DNA from: Thermoplasmata archaeon
Lineage (GTDB): Archaea > Thermoplasmatota > Thermoplasmata > Lutacidiplasmatales > UBA184
Assembly: GCA_022750115.1 (NCBI GenBank)
Contig: JAKIWI010000001.1
Span: forward strand, 83,490 to 147,489
Reading direction: 5' to 3'
Length of the DNA: 64,000 bases
Of this stretch, positions 19,117 to 26,912 are shown piece after piece (positions within the stretch are counted from its first letter, which is position 1; each line of letters starts with the position of its first letter). A program made the translations under genes and the position numbers. The notes under the pieces are model-generated. The model saw only the letters and a program-made list of their open reading frames with translations, was not told the origin of the DNA and searched no databases.

Positions 19117-20056
19117 CGAGCCGTCCGATCTTCTCGATCGACGCCTCGACCTGCTCGCCCGCCTTCAGCCGGCGGCTCTCCTTGCCGAACTCGAACCCCG
19201 GGGTTCCGCCGAGGCTCCCGAGAGAGATCACGTCGCCCGGCTCGAGCGTGACGCCGCGCGACAGGTGCTCCAGGATCTGCGGAAGTCGGAACACGTAGTC
19301 GTCGGTCGTGCCCGACTGTCGGACGGTGCCTCCGACCTTGAGTTCCATCTTGAGAGGGTACACTTCCCCGACTTCCTCCTTGGGCACGACCCAGGGCCCG
19401 ACGGCCATCGTCGAATCGAACCCCTTCCCCATCACCCAGTCGACAGCGGAGTCGGGGGGATACTGGAGGTCGCGGTAGCCCATGTCGAGGGAGATCGTGT
19501 AGCCGGCGACATGGTCGATCGCCTGACCCGCGGGAATGTGCTTGCCCCGCTTGCCGATGATCGCCGCGAGCTCGACCTCGACGTCCGGGAACTTCCCGGC
19601 GTCGTGCAGGATCAACGGCTCGCTCGGGCCGACGAGGCTGTTGAAGAACCGCGTGAACAGGTACGGATGGCTCGGGATCGGTTTGTTCTGCTCCGCGAGG
19701 TGGCTCTTCGAATTCGCGGCGAGGCAGTAGATCTTCGCTCCGTTCACCACGGGCGCGAGGAGCCGGATGCCCTCGGCGGGCTGAAACAGGAGACGCGCAC
19801 CGGTCGCCGCGCGCGGGGTCCATCCCGCCCGTCGGCGCCGCTCGATGTACTCCAGGATCTTCTTGGTGATCTCGACCGACTCAGCGCCGCCCGCGAAGAA
19901 CGCGCGCATGTCGCGGAACCGGCTGGGGTCGGCGCCCTTGATCGGGTTGACCCCGAAGTAGTCGCGGCAGGCGGTATCGAGGTCGATGTACTCGTTCGCA
20001 TCGGTGACCATCCCGAAGTGGAACTGGTCGGCGAGGACGAAGTGGACGAGCTTCAC
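19079..20056 (-). CDS. Fumarylacetoacetate hydrolase family protein
   Basis: DVEVELAAIIGK, RDLQ, GKGFD, GPWVV and TLEPGDVI motifs. Confidence 0.9.
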   Translation of the reverse strand: MKLVHFVLADQFHFGMVTDANEYIDLDTACRDYFGVNPIKGADPSRFRDMRAFFAGGAESVEITKKILEYIERRRRAGWTPRAATGARLLFQPAEGIRLLAPVVNGAKIYCLAANSKSHLAEQNKPIPSHPYLFTRFFNSLVGPSEPLILHDAGKFPDVEVELAAIIGKRGKHIPAGQAIDHVAGYTISLDMGYRDLQYPPDSAVDWVMGKGFDSTMAVGPWVVPKEEVGEVYPLKMELKVGGTVRQSGTTDDYVFRLPQILEHLSRGVTLEPGDVISLGSLGGTPGFEFGKESRRLKAGEQVEASIEKIGRLVIPLKAEVPPPP

Positions 20057-20778
20057 GGCGGCGCTCCCGGAGGGCGAGCAGAGGCGCCGTCAGATAAGGG
20101 TCGCGGCGCGCCGGGGACCGAGGCGCCCGGAAGGTACGTGACGAGGACCCCGTCGTCGATCGGCTCCGCGCTCACGAACCGCAGGCGCGCGGCGTCCGCG
20201 TCGCCGACGGTCTCCGGCCCCCGCATCATCGGGGGGGCGGTGGCACCCCCGATCGCGACCGGCGCCACGTAGACCGTGAAGCGGTCGAACCAACCCCCGC
20301 GGACGAACGAGGCGATCACCTCGCCGCCGCCCTCGACCAGGATCTTTCGGATCCCGGCCCTCTGCAACTGCTGGAGGAGCGTCGGGATGTCGACGCGAAC
20401 GCCGCCACTGCGAAGCACCGTCACGTTCGGAGGGAACGTCCGCGTGCACGACTCCGAGACCGCGAGGATCGTCGGGATCGAGCCGTCCAGGACCCGGGCC
20501 GACATCGGCGTCCGGCCGGAGGAGTCGAGCACGATCCGGGCGGGCGACCGGACCATGGGCCGGTCGATCATCTCGGCGTGGACGCGGAGGGACGGATCGT
20601 CCAGGAGAACGGTCCCGATGCCCACCAGGATCCCGTCGACATCGGCGCGGAGCCATTGGACCCGGGCCAAGTCCTGTGGGCCGGACAGTCGGGCCCTCCT
20701 CCCTCCCGCAAAGGCGAGCCGGCCGTCGGCGGAGACGGCGCAGTTGATGTGGATGTCCGGTCGGTCGTGGGGGGCCAT
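20053..20778 (-). CDS. RibD C-terminal / Rib7-ArfC-type pyrimidine reductase (DHFR fold)
   Basis: AVSADG, LRADVDGILVGIGTVLLDDPSL, RIVLDS and ILVEGGG motifs. Confidence 0.9.
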   Translation of the reverse strand: MAPHDRPDIHINCAVSADGRLAFAGGRRARLSGPQDLARVQWLRADVDGILVGIGTVLLDDPSLRVHAEMIDRPMVRSPARIVLDSSGRTPMSARVLDGSIPTILAVSESCTRTFPPNVTVLRSGGVRVDIPTLLQQLQRAGIRKILVEGGGEVIASFVRGGWFDRFTVYVAPVAIGGATAPPMMRGPETVGDADAARLRFVSAEPIDDGVLVTYLPGASVPGAPRPLSDGASARPPGAPP

Positions 20779-20784
20779 GGCTCG

Positions 20785-22260
20785 CTACCCGCTCGCCAGC
20801 GCCGCCGCCTCGTCCCGGATCGCCCGCCCGTCGCCGCCGGTTCGCTCGAGGTCGGGGAGGTTGATCGCCACGTTCGCCAGCGCACCGGTCACGGCGGCCC
20901 TCAGCAGGGCGAGCGCGGTCTCGGCATCGCTCGCGATCGTCGCCTTGACCTTCGGTCGGAGTCCTTCCAGCAGTCGCGCCGTTTCCCGCGCGGTTCGGGC
21001 CGTGTCCAGGGGGACCTGCGTAGCGCGGAGGGTCGCGCTCGCGAGTCGCTGACGCGCTTCGCCGTCCTCTGGAGCGGCCTTGAGCGCGCGCCGCGCCGCA
21101 CGGAGCGACTCGAATGCGAGGGTGTCGTCATCGACGCCGGTCAGGAGCGCGCGGCGCGCGATCGTCAGCGTCGCGATCCCCGCGGCGAGCTCCTCGTCCG
21201 GATGCGTCGGGTCCAGCGAGTAGCGGAGCACCATCTCACCGAGCGCCGCCCCCATCGCGGCCGCTGCGGCCGAGGCGCTCCCTCCGCCCGGAGTCGGGGT
21301 GCGGTCGGCCAGGCGCTGGCTGAAATCGCTCACGCTGAGGGATACGAGGGCTCCACCGGAGGAGGCCGCCGCGAGCCTCCGCTCGAGCACCTGCTTGCGG
21401 TCGAACGAGCGGAGCTGGAGGTACGATTCGGCCGCCTCGAACAGCGCGTCCTCGGGGACCAGCCCCACGATCTCCGACTCCTCGGTCCCTGCCCCGAGCT
21501 TCTGGGCCTCCGCCCGCACGGCCTCGAACGCTTTCGAGACCGACGTCCGGTGGTAGTCCGTGAGGTTCATCGAGACCTGGGCGCGGTTTCGTTCCTTGAT
21601 CTCGAAGCCGAGGGCCTTCACCTCCGGAAGGCCCCCGTCCCGCGCCCGCACCGCCTTCGCGATCTTCTTCGCGATCGCCACATCCGGCGTGTCGAGATAG
21701 ACGTTGTAGGCGATCAGAACCGGTCGGGCTCCGATCGCGACCGCTCCGGCGCTCGGATGGACCTTCTTCTCCCCGAAGTCGGGCGCCCGGATCGGGTCGG
21801 AGGCGATCGTGTCGCGGATGCCCTCGAACTGTCCCCGGCGGACGAAGGCGAGGTCGGAGCGCTCGGGAACTCGGGCGCTCGCCCCGTACAGGTAGACCGG
21901 GACGCCGAGCTCGCGGGCGACGCGTTCGCCGAGCCTCTCCGAAAGGCGGATCGCCTCGGCCATGGTCGCTTCCCCGAGCGGCACGAACGGAACCACGTCG
22001 ACCGCGCCCATCCGGGGATGCTCGCCGGTGTGCGTACGGAGGTCGATCGTCTCGACGGCGACCCGCATCATCCGGAACACCGCGTCGAGGAGCGGGTCCC
22101 CCTCGCCAGCCAACGAGATCACGCACCGGTTGTGGTCGGCGTTCCGCTCCACATCGAGGACCGTGACACCGGACACCCCCCGTGCCGCGGCCGCGATCGC
22201 CTCGACCTTGCGATCGTCCCGGCCCTCGGAGAAATTCGGGACCGACTCGAAGCGGCTCAC
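20785..22260 (-). CDS. ftcD: Glutamate formiminotransferase / formiminotetrahydrofolate cyclodeaminase
   Basis: ESVPNFSEGR, DHNR, GEHPRMGAVDVVPFVP and AQVSMN motifs; C-terminal PTPGGGSASA and NVAINL. Confidence 0.95.
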   Translation of the reverse strand: MSRFESVPNFSEGRDDRKVEAIAAAARGVSGVTVLDVERNADHNRCVISLAGEGDPLLDAVFRMMRVAVETIDLRTHTGEHPRMGAVDVVPFVPLGEATMAEAIRLSERLGERVARELGVPVYLYGASARVPERSDLAFVRRGQFEGIRDTIASDPIRAPDFGEKKVHPSAGAVAIGARPVLIAYNVYLDTPDVAIAKKIAKAVRARDGGLPEVKALGFEIKERNRAQVSMNLTDYHRTSVSKAFEAVRAEAQKLGAGTEESEIVGLVPEDALFEAAESYLQLRSFDRKQVLERRLAAASSGGALVSLSVSDFSQRLADRTPTPGGGSASAAAAAMGAALGEMVLRYSLDPTHPDEELAAGIATLTIARRALLTGVDDDTLAFESLRAARRALKAAPEDGEARQRLASATLRATQVPLDTARTARETARLLEGLRPKVKATIASDAETALALLRAAVTGALANVAINLPDLERTGGDGRAIRDEAAALASG

Positions 22261-23291
22261 GAGGCCTCCCCGCCGAACGTCTCGAGCGACGTCTGGCGGC
22301 CGCGTTCGACCGGCGTCAAGGTCGTCCCCGTCGGTCGCTGCTTGGCTCGCTCCAGCGCGGCATCCACCCGCGGCGTGGAGAACCCGTGGCGGTCGACGAG
22401 GATCCGAAGCACCGCATCTCGGTCCAGCGGGCGCAGGGCGACCGACGGTACGTCGATGGTCTCCGGGTGGCGGAACAGCTCGGCGACCGGCTCCACTTCG
22501 GCGGGGTCGAGTCCAGCGTGGCGCAGCGTCGCCTCCCAGCCGAGATGCTCTTGGACGAGCTTGAGAGCCTTCTTGGGGCCGTACCCCCGGACCCCATCCG
22601 AAAAGTCCGTCCCGACCAGGAGCCCGATCAGGAGCAGCTCCTCGTCGGAGATGCCGAGCCGCTCGAGGAGCTTCGCCCGGTCGACGATCTGCGCGGCGGG
22701 AGCCCGACCCTTGGAGACGCGGGCGGCGAGCCCGCGGACGAGGCGCGGGGCGCGGAACAGCAGGCTATCGTAGTCCTCCGAGGCCGACGCCCATACGACC
22801 CCCTGGGCGGCCATCGCGGCGGCCTGAGCCTCGCCCTCCGAGGGCGCTCGGACGGTCGGAACTCCGAGTGCCGTGAGCAGCTCGATCGTCTCGTCGGCCA
22901 TCGAGCGCGAGAACCGGCTCGTCTGCGCGGCTTTGCGACGGGCCGTCTCGAGGTCGCCGGCGGCGAGCGCCTCCTTCCACGCCGACTCGGCGCGCTCCTT
23001 CGCCTGGAATCGCTCCCGAAGGGTGCCGGCCTTGAGGTCGGGAGGTTTCCCGTCGAAGACCCAGACGGGCAAAACGCCCTGACCAAGCAATGAGGTGGTC
23101 CGGTAGAGGACGCCCATCAAGTGGCTCGTGACCCGACCATCGGGGTCGCTGAACGGCTGACCGTCCCGCTGTCGGATGGTCGCGAGGAACTGGTAGACGG
23201 CGTTGTAGGCATCGACTGCGACCGAGCGGCCGGCGAGCGCCTCCCACGGAAGCTCCTCGAACGTCACCAGGTCGCGGAACGGGAGCCCCAC
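22257..23291 (-). CDS. fen: Flap endonuclease 1
   Basis: AVDAYN..YQFL, VFDG, APSEGEAQAA, SEDYD and GTDF motifs; C-terminal PIP box QTSLETF. Confidence 0.96.
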   Translation of the reverse strand: MGLPFRDLVTFEELPWEALAGRSVAVDAYNAVYQFLATIRQRDGQPFSDPDGRVTSHLMGVLYRTTSLLGQGVLPVWVFDGKPPDLKAGTLRERFQAKERAESAWKEALAAGDLETARRKAAQTSRFSRSMADETIELLTALGVPTVRAPSEGEAQAAAMAAQGVVWASASEDYDSLLFRAPRLVRGLAARVSKGRAPAAQIVDRAKLLERLGISDEELLLIGLLVGTDFSDGVRGYGPKKALKLVQEHLGWEATLRHAGLDPAEVEPVAELFRHPETIDVPSVALRPLDRDAVLRILVDRHGFSTPRVDAALERAKQRPTGTTLTPVERGRQTSLETFGGEAS

Positions 23292-23451
23292 GTGCCTCGT
23301 CGAGCGGCGCGAAGTACTTGGTTCTTGGGGGCGGACGGAACGCCGACCGGGAATGCCGGCGATGCGAACGTTCGGCGAGGTCGCCCGCGAGCCAACTCCG
23401 GGGAACGGCGTGCTTACCTAGCGGCGCTCGCTCCGACCCGACGGGATTGCG

Positions 23452-24237
23452 ATGACGCTGACGTGGCGCGACACCGGGACCGAGTCGGAGCCGCTCACCG
23501 ACGGAGGGATCGTCCTGTCGAGCTTTCCCTCGGCGGGGTTGGCCGCGACGATCGCGGGCCACTACATCGTCAAGACCCTGAAGCTCCCGCGCGTCGGGGT
23601 CTTCGAGGGGACCGAGGCGCAGCCGATCGCGGTCGTCCAAGGCGGTGTCGTGCACCCGCCCATTCGTGTGTACGGACGCGCCAACCTGTCCATCGTCCTG
23701 TCGGAGCTGCCGGTCGCCCAGGACACGGCGAACTCCGTGGCCCGGGCGATCCTCGATGGGGCCGCGAAGCGAACGGCGCGCCTCGTCGTCGGTCTCGAGG
23801 GCGTCGTGCCCCACCCCTACGAGGCGGAAGGAGATGCGGCCGACGGCCCGTCGACCGACGAGACCGTTTGGTTCGCTGCGGCTCGGGAAGACAAGACCAC
23901 CTCCGCGGAGTTTCGGACCGCCGGCATGCGCCGACTCGACGACGGGATCATCGGAGGGGTCTCGGGTGCGCTCCTCGTCGAGGGGATCACGAGTCCGACC
24001 GCCGTCTCGGTGCTCCTGGTGAGCGCTCGCCACGCGCCGCAGGGGCTCGCGGACCACCTCGCCGGTGCGAGCTTGATCGAGGCGCTGGACCGCCTCCTTC
24101 CGGACCTCAAGATCGACACGGCGCCGCTGCGCACGCAGGCGGCGATGATCGAGAAGGCGATCCGGCAGGCCCTGAAGACCCGTCCTCGGGGCGCGGAGTC
24201 GGAACCCGACCCCAACTCGCCCACGATCTACGGCTGA
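23452..24237 (+). CDS. PAC2 family proteasome assembly chaperone/activator (PbaB-like)
   Basis: FPSAGLAATI, PPIRVY and GIIGGVSGALL motifs; C-terminal HbYX-type tail IYG. Confidence 0.85.
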   Translation: MTLTWRDTGTESEPLTDGGIVLSSFPSAGLAATIAGHYIVKTLKLPRVGVFEGTEAQPIAVVQGGVVHPPIRVYGRANLSIVLSELPVAQDTANSVARAILDGAAKRTARLVVGLEGVVPHPYEAEGDAADGPSTDETVWFAAAREDKTTSAEFRTAGMRRLDDGIIGGVSGALLVEGITSPTAVSVLLVSARHAPQGLADHLAGASLIEALDRLLPDLKIDTAPLRTQAAMIEKAIRQALKTRPRGAESEPDPNSPTIYG

Positions 24238-24260
24238 ATCGGGCCCCCGAGGGGAAACCG

Positions 24261-24443
24261 CTACGCGGTGGAACTCTCGCCGAACGACTCCGGGTAGGTC
24301 AGGAGGTACAACGAACCCCCGATCATGACCAGGACGAGGAACAGGATCGACAGCGGGTTCGAGGCGAATTGCCAGACCGTGACCGCCAGCAGGATCGCCG
24401 GAAGCACGATGGTGAGAGCGACCGTCAGCAGCCGGCCATCCAT
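24261..24443 (-). CDS. Small two-TM membrane protein
   Basis: 60 aa with two hydrophobic helices; TATA-like CTTAAA about 27 nt upstream. Confidence 0.75.
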   Translation of the reverse strand: MDGRLLTVALTIVLPAILLAVTVWQFASNPLSILFLVLVMIGGSLYLLTYPESFGESSTA

Positions 24444-24546
24444 GACGGGAGTTCCGAGCCGGCTCGGGGTTTAAGCATTCCTCAGCGGCGCGACGTCACA
24501 GCGAGGCGTGATAGCCGCCCGGTCCGTCCGCCGCGGCGGAACCGCG

Positions 24547-25092
24547 ATGTCCGAGCCCGAGCGTCGTTTCACCCGGTGGCGACGGGAGCCCGATCCAGGA
24601 CCCGGCTACACCCAAATCCCCGCCGATGGGGCGTGCCTCTCCGTCTTCTTGATCATTCGCGAAGCCAGCGGCTCCCCGCGTCTGCTCCTCGGCACGCCCC
24701 ACCCCTCGGCCGATTGGGGTCGGATCGGAGGGCTCGAACCCGCCCGACTCGCCCGCCTGGCCGGGCACCTGATGCTCCCATCTTCCCACCTCATCGAGTA
24801 CGAGTCCCCGCAGGAGGGCGCGGCTCGGATCGCGAGCGAGCAGCTCGGCCTCGTCGACCTCCCTCTCGCCGGTCCCGAGGTCGTCTCGGACGCCTACGGC
24901 CGACCCGGGGCTCCGGACCGGCACTGGGACCTCGACTTCCTCTTCCGGGCGAACTGGCCGGCCGGACGACCGCTCTCGTCCCCTAACTGGTCCCGCCTCG
25001 AGTTCGCGGACCCCCAGACGCTCCTGCGGGCCCGGTTCGGCCGTGCGCACGACGACATCCTGCGCTTCGCCGGCTTCGCGACCGCCGACTAG
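24547..25092 (+). CDS. NUDIX-fold protein with a degenerate Nudix box
   Basis: LSVFLII...LLLG...LPSSHLIEYESPQEGAARIASEQLG...HWDLDFLF. ATG at 24547. Confidence 0.7.
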   Translation: MSEPERRFTRWRREPDPGPGYTQIPADGACLSVFLIIREASGSPRLLLGTPHPSADWGRIGGLEPARLARLAGHLMLPSSHLIEYESPQEGAARIASEQLGLVDLPLAGPEVVSDAYGRPGAPDRHWDLDFLFRANWPAGRPLSSPNWSRLEFADPQTLLRARFGRAHDDILRFAGFATAD

Positions 25093-25129
25093 GCGGGCGC
25101 CCGCGATGGCGGGCGGAGCCGGGTCCCGC

Positions 25130-26053
25130 TCAGCGAAGTTCGGGGCGGCCCGGGATCGGCACGACGACCTCGAACGTGAGCTCGACGTCGTCGGTCGCTG
25201 CCGCCAGGGGGGGGGAAGCTCTCGGGAGGGGGAGGGGAGCGGGCGGTGGCCCCGCGGGTCCGATCGACGACGGGGTCGAGTGGGCGGTCCGCGCCATCGA
25301 CTCGCCGATGTCGAGGGCCGCGATCCGCTCGGCGTCCACGAGCGCTTCGACCGGGTTGAGCATCGACTCTTCGATGTGGGTCGCGATGTGCTCGGCCCAG
25401 ATGCCCGCAACCTCGCGGAAGCGGGTCTGGCGGTCGGTCGCGAGCAGCTCCTCGTTGTCGAGGACCGTCAGTGTCGCTTGCCGACGAAGGCGCTTTTCCA
25501 CGAAGGCGTCGAGGAAATGGAGCCCGGCGATCGCGCGGTCCGCGACCGCGCGCCGTTCCGCCTCGGCGGCGAACGGCTTGATGACGAAGACGCTCAGCAC
25601 CTCGGCCGAGCGGCTCGCGGCGTCGAGCACCGGCCCGAGGATCCCGGTGCCGCTCCCGCCGCCCAGCGAGGCGACGACCGTCACGAAGGTGGCGCCCTCG
25701 AAGACCCGGTCGAGCGCAGGGCCGGCGGCGCGGGCGAGCTGCCCAGCGGCCGCGACCGAGGTCGGGATGCCGAACCCCGAGCCGTCCTCCGCTCCGAGAC
25801 AGATCCGGCGGTCGAAGTCCTCGGCCTCCGCGACCCGCGGGTCGCAGTTGATCGCGACGGTCTCGACGAAGCGAAGGTGGCGACGGGCGATCTCCCGGCC
25901 GACCCGGACGCCCCCGCCGCCGACGGCGACGAGGAGGAACCGGACGTCCTGACCTAGTCGGACGCTCGGCTCCCAGAGCCCTGCGTCGACGTCGTCCGTC
26001 CGGCGAATCGTTCGGTCTCGGTCGGTTCCCTGTTGTTCGTTGGCCTCGCGCAC
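25130..26053 (-). CDS. Divergent FtsZ/tubulin-family protein, GTPase N-domain only
   Basis: VAVGGGG (T1), AINCD (T2), SLGGGSGTG (T4 signature), KPF..E..R and LDNEEL motifs; no C-terminal domain. GTG start at about 26053-26062. Confidence 0.85.
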   Translation of the reverse strand: MREANEQQGTDRDRTIRRTDDVDAGLWEPSVRLGQDVRFLLVAVGGGGVRVGREIARRHLRFVETVAINCDPRVAEAEDFDRRICLGAEDGSGFGIPTSVAAAGQLARAAGPALDRVFEGATFVTVVASLGGGSGTGILGPVLDAASRSAEVLSVFVIKPFAAEAERRAVADRAIAGLHFLDAFVEKRLRRQATLTVLDNEELLATDRQTRFREVAGIWAEHIATHIEESMLNPVEALVDAERIAALDIGESMARTAHSTPSSIGPAGPPPAPLPLPRASPPLAAATDDVELTFEVVVPIPGRPELR

Positions 26054-26088
26054 CGCCACCACCCCCGCCGTGAATCCTGACCCCTCGG

Positions 26089-26592
26089 CTACCGGCCGAG
26101 GACCCCCTTCCGCTCGAGCTCCTGCGACGTGTCGCGGAGCTCGCGCAACCTCTCGCGGTTGGCATCGGCGCCTCGAACGGCCGTCCGCGCCCGGTCGACC
26201 AGCTCTTGGACCTTCGCCTCGAGCTCGCCGCGACGGACGAGCTCGGCGAGGACGTCCGCAAGGTCGCGGCCGTTCCCGTTCAGCTCGCCGTAGACGCGGA
26301 GCGTCTCCACCTCGTCGACCCGGAGCCGGACCGGCACCTCGATCAGTTCCCGGGTCGGACGAGGGGTGGCGCTCGCAACGGCCGTGAGGGCCCGCGCCCG
26401 GAGGAATTCCCGGAGCGCGGAGCGCATCAGATCCGACCGGCTGCGGAACTCGCCACTGGCGACAAACGAGTCGACCAGCTGAAGCTCGCGGCGGTGGCAC
26501 CTGAGCGCAATGCGCTCATCCTCGGGGCCGATCCGTGTCGTGGACGGGGCACCGGCTCCGTCCGAATCGAGTTGCGGGGGTTTGTCGAACAC
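26089..26592 (-). CDS. Ribbon-helix-helix (CopG/CdrS-like) transcriptional regulator
   Basis: ERIALR...LVDSFVASGEFRSRSDLMRSALREFL is an RHH motif, followed by a second RHH-like unit and a coiled coil; directly upstream of the FtsZ-like gene. Confidence 0.82.
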   Translation of the reverse strand: MFDKPPQLDSDGAGAPSTTRIGPEDERIALRCHRRELQLVDSFVASGEFRSRSDLMRSALREFLRARALTAVASATPRPTRELIEVPVRLRVDEVETLRVYGELNGNGRDLADVLAELVRRGELEAKVQELVDRARTAVRGADANRERLRELRDTSQELERKGVLGR

Positions 26593-26618
26593 GGCTGGCG
26601 CGAGCTATGCAAAATCAT

Positions 26619-26633
26619 CATACTTATAGTATG
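26619..26633 (-). promoter_or_regulatory. Palindrome CATACT-N3-AGTATG overlapping the TATA box of the RHH/FtsZ-like operon
   Basis: Perfect 6-bp arms; the minus strand reads CATACTATAAGTATG, 27-41 nt upstream of GTG 26592. Confidence 0.6.
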
Positions 26634-26713
26634 GGCCGGCCGCGCGACGAGAACGGGTTCTCGCGATTCGATCGGAGCTTCCCGGCGTTGTCGAACAAAT
26701 TTTCCGGACGCTT

Positions 26714-26768
26714 CGCGCGCGAAAATCGTTCGCGAGCTGCGTATAACCGGCCCGTTTTTTCGCGCGCG
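26714..26768. repeat. 12-bp inverted repeat CGCGCGCGAAAA / TTTTCGCGCGCG
   Basis: Arms at 26714-26725 and 26757-26768; the 31-nt spacer contains GTATAA. Confidence 0.6.
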
Positions 26769-26912
26769 GAGTCGGTCCCAACTGCGGCCCGGGTGCGACG
26801 CGCATCCATACGTGTGTTGGCGCCGCTAGGGTCGCTCCGACGAGCCGCGCGGAGAACGTTCAAATACGCGACCCCGCCAGTACTACGACGGGCCCCCTGC
26901 CCTGAGAGGTTT

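Noticed and set aside
23353-23451. In-frame ATG and TAG upstream of the PAC2 gene, suggesting amber (pyrrolysine) readthrough
   Set aside because: The upstream peptide has no PAC2 similarity and the region looks like promoter sequence.
26829-26879. tRNA-like stretch GGGTCGC...GTTCAAAT...GCGACCCCGCCA
   Set aside because: Only ~50 nt, with no T-stem pairing and no D or anticodon arms. TTCAAATA is better read as the pilin gene's TATA box.
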